A stretch of DNA of 64,000 nucleotides from Macrostomum lignano (Eukaryota): assembly GCA_002269645.1 (NCBI GenBank), contig NIVC01000871.1, forward strand, positions 48,513 to 112,512, written 5' to 3'. Shown piece by piece: positions 14,901 to 25,167 of the stretch (positions are counted from its first letter, which is position 1; the number at the start of each line of letters is the position of its first letter). The position numbers and the translations under genes were made by a program. The notes under the pieces are model-generated. The model did not search any database. It was given only the letters and a program-made list of their open reading frames with translations, and had not been told where the DNA came from.

Positions 14901-17286
14901 CCATTGAGCAGGTTTATGCAGAAACAGTCATTCGCTGTCCACTTCGGCCAGGACAAAACTGGAGATCTCCGATTCTTGGAGGTCTGCGACGACTGCTTGA
15001 TCCTGAGAGCTTGCTCAGGCGCTGTCGTTGACCGATGGTGGTACGAGAAGCTGGTCAACATGACCTTCTGTCCAAGCACTCGGGTGCTGGTGCTGTGGCG
15101 CAAGGACATCGGCAGCTCTAACAGTTGCGCCGACCCGATGCGCAGCACCGCACCGGCTGTTAAGAGCGTCTTCTACAGCAAGAAATGCCGTGACGTGTAC
15201 AACTGCATCCGGGACCAGATGGCCAGGGCTGCTGCTAAGACTGTACACAGGGCTGATGCGCTGGGTGAGCCACCACTTCTGGTGTGATGAAAGAGAAGTC
15301 TCTCAAAAAGCCTCTCAAATCTACCCCTAGCCTGTCAATTTTACCCCTAGTATCCCAAATCTACCCCTAGCCTGTCAATTTTACCCCTAGTATCCCAAAT
15401 CTACCCACAGCCTCTTAAATCTATTCTAGCCTCTTACACTGTAAATCTACTCCTATCCTCTTAAATCTACTCCTATCCTCTTAAATCTACTCATAGCCTC
15501 TCAAATCTACCCCTAGCCTATATAACCTACTCAAACTACCGTATAGTGAGCAGACCCTAATCATTATCATCCACCCCAAAACCTACCCAACCTACCCCAT
15601 CCCCAGGCATCGCAGGCGAGCTGGGCAGCCGTTACGAAGTGGTTGAGACCAGCAGCGGAGAGTCCGGCATTCTGCAGGTCAGCATGCAGGGAATGCAGCT
15701 CAGTCTGAGCAGTTCGCCCAAGGTAAATAGCAAATATTTTTGTAATTTCATTGTTGTATCGTTTAAACACTTTTACTCAGTTCTACCTCGCAGTTGTCTG
15801 TTGTCAATGTACATATACTTACCATTGTTATATTGAAGTTTATAACACAGTACAATATTGATTCTCATTGACAGCAGCCAATCTTCATAGAGATGTCCAG
15901 CATAAAGCGTTGCTTTGAGAAGCAGCCAAATTTATTAGTTGTTGAAGTTTGCGGTAAGCTGCAGTCGGCCTAGCTGAGTGCAACACAGTTTTTTTTCAAT
16001 CGCCTTATTGACTTATTTCTGAGTCATACATGTAGCGCATAAGTTATAACGTTAATTATTCAAGCATTGATTAACACAAAACCATAGGTGTGCGTTACGA
16101 GAGGTGGTTGTGTTGGAAAAGTTCTGACACTTAATTTCAACAAAAATATGCACAATCAACATAAGCGTGATTAATTCTTAGTAAGAAAAATTTTGCCGGT
16201 TTAAAATGACACGAATGTGTTTCTGTTCTTTTTCTGTACAATTAAAAGTGTCAGAACTTTCCGGACAGCCCTCGTATTGCGTTAGAGGTTATTCGCGATG
16301 ATAATTTTTCCCTAATAATTGACCAAAATCAAAGTCAAGCCCGCCTGCGACTGCACAAACTTTATGGAATCTACAGTGTGTATGATAAAGTTTTAATTGT
16401 AATACATTATAAGTTCCATTGTATAATTATAAATATGCCTGGTTTTAGCCTAATATATAACTAAAAAGTTATAAACATTTCGCCATTATCATGCAAATTA
16501 ATTCACCCAAAATCATAGTTTACTAACAGTAGTATATATAAAGCTTAACGCTAAAATTAATATTTTAACAAACATTTTTAATTTTTTATCAGCATTCGAT
16601 TTGTTTTTCAGATGTTTCACAATTAGCCAATTTTAATACTCGTTTTAATCTACTTTTTCAGACCCAGAGAAGCGAGAAGTCAGGCAGATGACGTTTCGAT
16701 CAGATTGCGTAAGCTTAAAATTTTAGAGCAATTTTCCAAAAAAATCCTGTTTTCGTGTCGTAATGTTGTGATGATCATCATTCTCTCTGACTGTGTTGTT
16801 TTCGTCCTCGCTTGTCTCTGTGTTTCAGAGTCTTTTATATAGGGAAGTTATGGAATCATTAGGATAGGATGTTAAAGAATAAATTTATTTGGTTTAGAAA
16901 AAAAGTACTCTACTCTTATATTATCATCACTTCTGTTTTTCCTCTCGAAGTGTAATCCTTGATTATTTTTTGTTTAAATACGCTTTAACCCCACGCATAG
17001 TTAAATTTACGGTTTCGGAAATAATTTCAGAAATTTATTAAAAATCGACTAGCTTTAAAAACTGGCTTTAAAGTAGAACAATAATATCTACTGGAAGAAA
17101 ATCTAACTATATATATTGTTAATAATAAAAATTCAGGTGCCGGATCTGCTATTACTTTTCCACCGGGTGGTGTCAGTTCAGGTGCACAAGCGGATGGCCG
17201 CCGACAGGACTAATAATAATAATAATAATACCAGCGGCAACAGTGGCTCGCTAAGCTTATCCGCCGCCAGTCATGCCGCTTTGTGA
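499..17286 (+). CDS. MADD: MAP kinase-activating death domain protein / Rab3 GEF (DENN), 5'-truncated by window; 16 exons
   Basis: Exons with GT-AG ends: 499-579, 3202-3790, 4615-4674, 6812-7209, ~8459-8811, 10401-10972, 11336-11462, 11645-11902, 12171-12245, 12769-13222, 14010-14142, 14790-15264, 15607-15722, 15875-15953, 16662-16708, 17137-17286 (TGA). Phases are consistent except the 7209/8459 junction. Peptides match recalled MADD motifs: [119 protein letters not shown] at 17307-17312. Confidence 0.95.
779..1290. repeat. Intronic minisatellite, 27-bp unit CTCTATCACCCTCTGCCTCT(G/C)CTCACA
   Basis: 9-aa periodicity in the ORF track; C/T-rich; degenerate flanks. Confidence 0.95.
2205..3130. 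repeat. Intronic minisatellite, ~50-bp unit GGGTCTGGCTGATAAGGGGGAGGGTTTTGTGTGGAGAGTGAGTGTACATC
   Basis: Period 50 (e.g. 2281/2331/2381), ~18 copies. Confidence 0.95.
3202..3790 (+). CDS. MADD: MADD exon (dDENN region)
   Basis: cctcag|GCTCTA...ACTG|gtgagt; contains [25 protein letters not shown] and [16 protein letters not shown]. Confidence 0.95.
3820..4205. repeat. (TTAG)n/(TTTG)n microsatellite
   Basis: Direct reading. Confidence 0.95.
4615..4674 (+). CDS. MADD: MADD small exon (Ser-rich)
   Basis: catcag|CTTCAA...CGAG|gtgagg; 60 bp, phase 1/1. Confidence 0.75.
4915..5630. repeat. 9-bp GA(A/T)GACCCT array with 180-bp higher-order repeat
   Basis: Blocks starting 4981, 5161 and 5341 are near-identical. 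Confidence 0.9.
6218..6680. repeat. Intronic minisatellite, 33-bp unit CCCTCAACCCATCCTCTCCAATTCTTTACCACA
   Basis: 11-aa periodicity, ~14 copies. Confidence 0.95.
6812..7209 (+). CDS. MADD: MADD exon
   Basis: caccag|ACGAAA; [23 protein letters not shown]; donor tct|gtgagc. Confidence 0.85.
7243..8238. repeat. Intronic minisatellite, 24-bp unit CTCTTATCTGTGTCTTACCTGACT (two variants)
   Basis: 8-aa periodicity, ~41 copies. Confidence 0.95.
8459..8811 (+). CDS. MADD: MADD exon (acceptor uncertain)
   Basis: GC-rich open frame [10 protein letters not shown]...AIGEFL; donor G|gtgagt. Acceptor at 8459 does not match the upstream phase; an in-frame AG near 8479 or 8488 would. Confidence 0.7.
8830..8940. 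repeat. (TCTG)n microsatellite
   Basis: Direct reading. Confidence 0.9.
9150..9560 (+). mobile_element. Degenerate Penelope-like element 3' fragment (linker + GIY-YIG endonuclease)
   Basis: Frameshifted translation [78 protein letters not shown] fits the Penelope GIY-YIG pattern (YIG.T...L..R..EH; LEAL.I....P.LN.Q). Confidence 0.8.
9700..10230. repeat. Minisatellite, 20-bp unit GAGATGAGATTGAAACGTGA
   Basis: Direct reading. Confidence 0.95.
10401..10972 (+). CDS. MADD: MADD exon
   Basis: cctcag|GCCAGA...CTGCAG|gtgagg; [25 protein letters not shown]...[18 protein letters not shown]. Confidence 0.9.
11336..12245 (+). CDS. MADD: MADD three low-complexity exons (11336-11462, 11645-11902, 12171-12245)
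   Basis: Each bounded by AG/GT, phases 0-1, 1-1, 1-1; [10 protein letters not shown] motif. Confidence 0.75.
12769..13222 (+). CDS. MADD: MADD exon
   Basis: [48 protein letters not shown]; donor AG|gtgggt. Confidence 0.92.
13240..13930. repeat. Purine-rich minisatellite, 21-bp unit GGGAGAATGTAGGGAGATGA(T/A), with a 157-bp block duplication
   Basis: Identical ORFs at 13251 and 13408. Confidence 0.9.
14010..14142 (+). CDS. MADD: MADD exon
   Basis: ttcgcag|GTAC; [32 protein letters not shown]; AAG|gtttgt. Confidence 0.92.
14310..14472 (-). mobile_element. tRNA-like SINE family copy A
   Basis: B-box-like GGCTCGATTCC (14432-14442, -); aligns by eye over ~165 bp with 51320-51483. Confidence 0.6.
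14480..14745. repeat. Minisatellite, 20-bp unit TTCCAGTTTATGAATAGAGT
   Basis: ~13 copies. Confidence 0.95.
14790..15264 (+). CDS. MADD: MADD exon (C-terminal region)
   Basis: [25 protein letters not shown]...[22 protein letters not shown]. Confidence 0.95.
15607..17286 (+). CDS. MADD: MADD last four exons (15607-15722, 15875-15953, 16662-16708, 17137-17286)
   Basis: [25 protein letters not shown] / [13 protein letters not shown] / [16 protein letters not shown] / [12 protein letters not shown]...stop; collinear with the recalled MADD C-terminus; phases consistent. Confidence 0.85.
16096..16276. mobile_element. Tc1/mariner-type MITE
   Basis: TA-flanked imperfect TIRs: TACGAGAGGTGGTTGTGTTGGAAAAGTTCTGACACTT vs revcomp TACGAGGGCTGTCCGGAAAGTTCTGACACTT; TA TSD; 181 bp. 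Confidence 0.7.
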
Positions 17287-20200
17287 CATTCGATATCCTA
17301 TCTATTAATAAAAGTATAGCTGATCAATTACCTATCACATCGGTGCATCGAATTACTTCTGTGTGTTTAAAATATTAAAATAAATTTTCTTGTGCTCACA
17401 GCTAGGGAGTCTGAAAGTATTCTCTGAAAAACTTCAGAAATTATTTCAATTATTGTCATCTCCAGTTAGTCGTTTCTTGGACATTTAATTAGGCTCTTCT
17501 TTTCCTACGGAAGTCTTAGTCTATGTTAGTTTTTCATGTCCATTTGTTTCTCAGGCCCGAAAACTAGGTCTGAGAAATCGTTTCTCAGTGCTGAAGATGA
17601 GTTAAATGCCGTAAGAAGACACGACAGCAAAACGTCTAGATGCCGCTGCCCGAACAGTGTCATCAGAGTCATCTGCAGCTAGATTGGCAGTAGTCATAGA
17701 TGCAGTAGTGGTGCAAGGATGCAAACAGAATTGATCAACTCAAAATCCAAGTTCGGGCAAATCCATCTCGCTGTCTCCTTCTGTCTTAGTCTAATAAACA
17801 GCTCGATCTATATGTAGTAGGTTCTCTTTAGAGATTTTGTCTATGGCGAATATATAAAAAAACATTTGTCTATAGATCTGTCTCCACATCCCCGTTGGAA
17901 GAACTGGAGATGAAATTTTATCACACCCTCATATAAATGTGTTCTATGGTCGAAGGTCCTCTGACGCTATTCTCAATTGCCTCGGCCTGATAAAAACGCA
18001 TCCTCGGACTTTCTTTTCCATAGAACACATTATGGGCGGGAGTGATACTGCACTTAAATTTGATATAAATATCCCTGCTGTGTGTACAATCGCTTACAAT
18101 GTGCATATTTTCCATATTGTTACGGTACTTGGCAACGAATATTTCTTTTAATATTCTTCAGTATATTTCTGTGTATTTTGTTGTAAGTGTAAGGTGATCA
18201 TTCCTGTGTTATTTTATATTTTATTTACCATTGAGTTACATTCCTTGTTTTGTATAATGAACTACTCGATTTATTGAAATAATATCGTAAAACAATGCAA
18301 TTAATGTTCGATGGCTATGTCTCAGTCCCTTTGATGTTTACTAAATAGTCGACATGGGTAGGTTAATACTACAGCTTTCATTCTATATATATATAAAGAT
18401 TCAAGAGAATGTAAATGAGCATAACTTAAAGCTTTTACTTAGTGTATTTTTAGAAGTTTAAAAACGGTTTATAAGTTTTAAAATTTCTTATTTTGTTTCT
18501 TCTTAATTATCAATACTTCCGCTGCATAAAATAAAATGGTATGGCTAAATAAAAAATTATTGTCATATTTGGTGTTGTTTGTTTAAATATTCTCCTAGAA
18601 TTTTTATTACCAGCACACTCATATATATTACATAGAATATGTATACTCATTGACAAATTATAGTATTAACGTCATCCTCACGTGGCTGTGATCGGTGTCT
18701 CTGACCAATTCACGTATCGAACTTTTACATTATCTGACTCATTTGTTTCTCCGCCAAATAATCTTGTATTTGTTAATATAGATTGCTTCTGGTTGAGTTA
18801 CTATATACTGTACATCTCTGTGGTGTTTTTGTCTGCCAAATTAATCTCAATGAAGCTGTTTAGGGTATTAATACATTTAGCTTGCTTTGTACCTGTCCTG
18901 TGATTCCTGTTGTATTGCCTGACTAGTATTTTTCGTTTTTGTCCTTTCATCTCCTCCCTAGTTACGCTTATTTATATTCTAAGAGCCATCCTAACCATTC
19001 CATTCATTTTTCTGCCATTTACAGAAAAACAAAATAAAGACATTTTACGAGCTAGTATGCTGTACACATATATATTTATTTCAAGATGTGATTTGTTGTG
19101 ATTTATGAAAAAACATATTGATAAAAACTTAAAAAGAGTTGTTTATATTTGTTTTTCAATTTATCTATACGAATAGTTTTTTCTATTTTTTTGTGAATAT
19201 GATTGGGTTTTATTGTACTAATATTATTTAAGAGGTAAATCAATGAATATACATCGGTTTAATACTATCTAGATATTTTATGCCAGCTTCCCAATGACTT
19301 CACGTGGTCCTTACAACCCCACTGTGCATATGTATGCAGACTCAGACACTCGTCCAGTTCTGTTCCGAATCCAAAGCTCCTTAAATGCTAGCGAAATGAA
19401 AACTCGTCGGTCCTTATGTACGATATCCACTTAAGTATACTGTAGATCTGCTTTGCCTAGAGCTGATCGTGTGTACATGGATGGAGCAGGTAAATTAGTT
19501 ATAATCTATTTCAATTCTAGCCTACCTTTGCATAGGGTGCATAATTATACGTATTCGCAGTTGATTTCTAAGAAAAAGACATTTATTTTCTTCCCGCAGG
19601 CTGAAGAGATCTGCCATTCGTTTGTGCACGCAATAGCCGACAACCTAATGGGCGAATGAAGCTATCAGATTGAAACTGTCACATATATATATATTGAATA
19701 CTTTCACTTAAAAGTTGCGCGTCCATAATATGCTAATTGTAAATACATGTTAATTGCGCAATTTTAACTGTGGTTGCTGATAACTTGTTTAACTTTTTAA
19801 CTCCCATCTATCGTAAATATGAAATATGATTATTTTTTATCATATTTAGATAAGAATATAAGCGCCTTGTCTGTCTTGAGAAAAAAACAATAAACCTCGT
19901 ACTATTATAATGCAACCCGAAATACTAAAGTTTTGTAAAAAAACAATAAAGGGGACATTAAAATTATATATAAAAACAAGATATATACTTTGTCAATCGC
20001 GAGAATCTCTATATTAATGATACGCTCGTATTTCAGCCAATCAACTGCAAATGAACTTTTTAGGCTATTTTGCGAATCAACGATCACATTATACGTGCAA
20101 TCAGATGTGTATCATCTTCAATATGTATGTCTAGATATTTTTTCTTTCTTGAAACATTCTTCCTTTCCGTGTCAACATAAAAACGCATTAACTTATTTTC

Positions 20201-21035
20201 ATTAATTGGTGTACCTGCTTTATGCTTTACTTTTGGTTGCAGGATCGAATCTATGTAGTTTTGGCTTTGTATCTATTGTATTGTTTCACTGGAATAGATT
20301 GTAAGCATGATTCATTCACAAATCAATTTCAAGGCATTAAAGTGCAATAATGTTTGTGGTGGTTCTCAATCGAAAGCTAATTATTATTTAAATTGCCTTT
20401 CGTTTCAAAAAATTCTAGTTTTTTTTAATCGTGCAGTAATTACTAGATGATGAAATTTACAAAACACTTTTCATTGCGTATGCGGCTAGAATTTATTATA
20501 GCTTGCACTCGACAATAAATGCATCCATACTTTATATTCTCCTATCGAGATACAAACATTTTATGGTTAAAATTCTCTGAATAAAATATTTCCTTTGTTA
20601 AATTTTGTTAGTTTTTTTCTTCGAGGTACACTGTAAAACATCACTGATCTAGCTGGTTTACTATAAAGAGAAACGCATACAGAGTTAACAAGCTTCCGTA
20701 ATGCAAATTGATCTTTTTCTGCAAACCGCTGGAATTTTAAATCAATGCAGGAATTAGAAAGTCTGCTTATTTACACTGTTTATATACGAGCGTATTACTT
20801 GCTAGCTTGCTTCAAGCAAGTAAAATATATGTACAAGTATATTGGATCCTTACAGCTTCTGTTTGCATTTGGTAAACATTTTTGCTAGTCCAAACACAAT
20901 GCTAAACTCAATTCAAGATTTTTTTTCAATTTAGAGTTCATCGCAAACACGCAAGATTTTTAGTTTACTAAAAAGTGGACTTTTTGTGATTGGCTGCAGA
21001 TTTGCCATTGATTTGCAGTCTTGAGAAAATAAAGC

Positions 21036-22803
21036 ATGCACACAGCTTGCATCTGGGTGGAATGGAAGACTTCAACAAACCGTGGTCGCGTTAGAATCGG
21101 TATGTCAGACCGACAACAGGATGCCGCATCTTTCAGACAGAGGAATCGACTGCTGACTTGGCTGGCTCCGCTGGAGAACTGCATGCAGAGCAGCTCAGTA
21201 CACGGATTGAGCAGATTAGTTGGAGACACGAAACCGCTGTACCTTCGCATCGCCTGGCTCATCGCTGTCCTTCTCTCGTTCGCTTTCTGCAGTTTGCGAA
21301 TATTTGAACTCTGCGAACGATTCTCCAGTCGGAACATAGCCTGGACGGTGCGCGAGAACGCCATCAGCTTTGAGTTTCCGGATCTGTACGTGTGCAATGC
21401 GAATCCAATTTCTGGTAGCTTTCCAGGAATTCTCAACCTCCTCGTCTATCGGGGTGCTGAATCGGTACAGGCGAATGGCTAGAGAGTCGACTGCAAGATT
21501 TCGCGACGCTTGGAACCAGTCTGAGCTGGCTCTGTACCCTGCGCTGCTAGTCAACAGCCTGCCATTCCAGTTCCTGTCGGATCACCTGGCTCACAGGGCC
21601 TACCAGACTGTAATCTTTTCCAGCCTAACAACCACCTTTGTTCCGGTGAAGACTTTCTACCATCCCCGCTATGTCAACTGCATCAGCCTCAACATGAGCG
21701 AGGCCGATCGACTCGTGTCCGGGCACCGGGGATTCGGTGTGTTTCTCATTCTGTTTCTAGACTCCCTGCTGCCAACAGTCAGCGATATCGATAGCATCGA
21801 TTTTCTAAACGGAAATTCCAGTCTGTCTCTTGTGGATTTAGACTGGGATTTCGGCGTGGACTATTGGCGCCCGAACGGATTCCACGTATTCCTGACTCCG
21901 AAAGATGAGTACCCGAGCGAGCTGGGTGCCCACTTTACTGTAGGACCCGGGCAACAGGCTCGAGCCCAGGTCCGCATGGAGGACACCGTGTACAATACTG
22001 GCGATTTTCCTGACATCTGCGGCTCCGATGCGGGTAACAAAGGAGAGTCAGATTGGATTGATTTTGTTAATCCTTACACTAAAGCGAAAGAGAGGTTTCT
22101 AAAGAGCCAGGAAACCTGCTTCTATCAAGAGCTGGCCAGCCTGTATCAGAAGTTAATGAACTGTTCGGGCTCCCGAATACCACTGGCCTGGGCTTACCGG
22201 CACCTGCCCTATTGTATGAACATCACTAAAGGTGAAAGGACACCGATAGACAGTAAATTTCATCGACTTCGAAGCGACGCAACCATTGCCGCCTTGCAGA
22301 AGTGCGACAAGCTTAAGCGCTGCAAGACCCGTTCCTACACTTATGACTACTCGTCCAGCGGCCTGACGCAAGACCATACTGCTCAGCAATTCCTTGCCGC
22401 CGCGATTCGTAGCAACTACGTGAGTCTAAAATCCACCGGCCTAAAACTGCCAGGCATTGAGCACCTGCTCCAGCTGAACAATAGTAACAATCTGGAGAAG
22501 TTCCGTCAATCGATTGCCCAGATTTCGGTGTCGGCCGTGTCCAGTCAGAGCCGCGAGGTGGAACTGTCGTTACGCTACAACGCCAACTCGCTGTTGGCGG
22601 ATGCCGGGGGGATGCTGGGCTTCTTCCTGGGCATGTCACTGCTGTCAATGCTGGAGCTGCTGGAACTCCTGCATAACTGCGCCCGCTACGTCTGCCGCAG
22701 TTGGAAAAAACGCGTCCTTTCCAACGATGAGAAGTCGACGACATCCATGCAACAGACTGAGCCGGAAACGATTGATGGCACCACAACCGCGTCCGAAGTT
22801 TAA
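21036..22803 (+). CDS. ENaC/degenerin (ASIC-like) channel subunit, essentially intronless, with one frame break near 21410-21484
   Basis: ORF1: pre-TM1 HG motif (SSVHGLSRL), TM1, FPDLYVCNANP. ORF2 (+1 frame): YVNC, GFHVFL, Cys-rich thumb, TM2 LLADAGGMLGFFLGMSLLSMLELLE with GxS filter (GMS). Start may be 21036 or 21102. Confidence 0.88.
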
Positions 22804-23554
22804 CGACGTCAATGGCGACAAATTTTAAAACTAACCGAGAAGTCTGGATTCGTTTACTTAAACAGTGCCAGAGCTTGACTGCCAAGGACCAGTAAATTAG
22901 GGACATAACATTCACATTAGCACCGTGTGTACTCTAAACTGTTTTGTTGTAGAGTGCATTGCATCGATTGATATTTAGCTCGTATGTCACAGATAATCTT
23001 GAGACGCGAAAAATTCGCCCAGAAACAAATATATTAAAGAGATGGAAAGAAAGGTAATAAGTTTGCTACATTTGGCAGAAGCGTCTCCAGAAGCGCTTTT
23101 TCCTGAATCTATGTCAACCAAACAATGTTCTGGCTGCTTGTGATCGTCGTAAAAACAATTAAGCAGAATGTATATGAAATCGTTTACAATTAAGAGTTTC
23201 CATCTCGCCAAAGTGTATCAAAACAAAACATGGCATTTAAATAAACTTTCTTAGAACGTGATACAACGGGGTAACTTCCAATGGCCATTGTTAATTGCTT
23301 AACAATTATTTTGTGAGACCTTGCAGGTAGCGACTTGGTATAACTGAAAATTTTACGTCTAATAAAAGCAATTGATTTGTAGAATTGGAAGATTCTCCTC
23401 TTAGTCGAGACTCGAGAAAATCACATGAATCGATAATTTACAAGCTGATTGTTTGCCGAAATGAAATTTTACCGTCAGTTATTCGAAAAATAATCAACGA
23501 CTTAATGATCTTCAGATTTATTAAATTTTATAAATGTGTTTTGGATGTTTCGAT

Positions 23555-24605
23555 CAAGGACTTCTAGACTAACAGGACGTAAAACTCAAAGATCGTGCAA
23601 TTTTTTGGAGGCCACGATTTCCTGGAAAAAATACACTGCGAAGATAGGAAAAAATCAGTTTTTCGTCACAAAATCTGTGATTGTGTTTGATCTGGGGCAG
23701 TCAAGACTACCATTCTTTTAATTTAACATGCACAATATGTTACTCTATTATATTTTCATATAGCTGTGTAGTGAAGTTTTCATTTTCATATTGTTTTCAC
23801 TTTATTTCATAAGCCCAAAGTTGCAAACTCACAAGTGGCATTAGCCAAACTTTTTGTGTTGTTCTTTTTAAAATAAAGTATAAAAACATTGCATGTAGGT
23901 ACTCTTAGTCTTAAGCTATTATTGTTGGTTTAGTAACTATACTAATTCCTAGGCCTACTAGAACTAGACCTATCACTACACTATCTAGCCTAATAAGTAA
24001 TTAAATTTAGACAATGACTTAAAGATTAGTATATTTAGATTTTTTTATTATATATAGATTACCAATAAATAGTTTCATATGGTTGGTTACCTAGGCTTGA
24101 GAAAGCTGTATTATCAGTTTTTAAGCCAAGCCTATATTTAGGACTAAGATTTAAGAAGAATAGACTTAATCACAAAAATAGGCCCTAACCATTTTTACTA
24201 GGTATCTATAAGAAAAAACATTGATTAGTCCTTTTATAATTTTTATTTTAAAGGCTAAAAATATTATTATATTACAAATTTGAATAGCTTTTCTTTTCTT
24301 GAATTTGATATTTGGCTAATGCCACTTGTGAGTTTGCAACTTTGGGCTTATGAAATAAAGTGAAAACAATATGAAAATGAAAACTTCACTACACAACTAT
24401 ATGAAAATATAATAGAGTAACATATTGTGCATGTTAAATTAAAAGAATGGTAGTCTTGACTGCCCCAGATCAAATACAATCACAGATTTTGTGACGAAAA
24501 ACTGATTTTTTCCTATCTTCGCAGTGTATTTTTTCCAGGAAATCGTGGCCTCCAAAAAATTGCACGATCTTTGAGTTTTACGTCCTGTTAGTCTAGAAGT
24601 CCTTG
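23555..24605. mobile_element. Non-autonomous long-TIR DNA transposon (MITE/foldback; P- or hAT-like ends)
   Basis: 295-bp inverted arms 23555-23849 and 24311-24605 with 2 mismatches; termini CAAGG...CCTTG; perfect 8-bp TSD GTTTCGAT at 23547-23554 and 24606-24613; 461-bp AT-rich core. Confidence 0.92.
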
Positions 24606-25167
24606 GTTTCGATCTGCTTGGTTTCTTGATTCTGAATATATTTTCTTCTTGGCTAGTTGGATGTGTTCATGCATTATCACATCCTGCTCGATCCAATATG
24701 ATATAGAATACTGACTGTTGGGGAGAGTTAGAACAGTAAAGCACAAAGATCCGTTTGTATAGGGCACTGTGCACACCTTTCGAGAGTGCACTCTGCAGAA
24801 CATCGCTGGAATTAGTTTGCCAATTGTCAATGCAATCGATTGAGTGTACATACTTATCAATTTCCAGTCGTCACTGCGATTATAGGTGTAGAAATTACCA
24901 ACTATTCTCTAGCTGGTACTCCAAAGCGCCTTCAGACGCTACAGCCAATTCTAAAAGCTATTTAATTATAAAATGCATAATTAGGTTTCATAGAAGTATA
25001 TAAATGTAGTTTGTCAAGATATTGTCAGCGTCAATAATATAAATGTATTAAGATCTTACAAATCGGTTTTGTGTTTGAACTGACGTTTGATAATTCAAGG
25101 AGACATTTTCCGGTGGTGAGTCGGTTGACTCAACACACCTGCCTGTTTCATTATTTATTCATTACGT

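Noticed and set aside
15437-15449. CACTGTAAATCTA matches the 26551 terminus over 13 nt
   Set aside because: Embedded in a degenerate CTCTTAAATCTAC repeat inside a MADD intron; no TSD; would require capture of MADD's last exons
17545-17600. GAAA..GTC..CTGAAGA arrangement resembling a hammerhead ribozyme (also TTGATGAGG..GAAAC at ~54275-54300)
   Set aside because: Stem III mismatched and 3 extra nt before CUGANGA; core C missing in the second case
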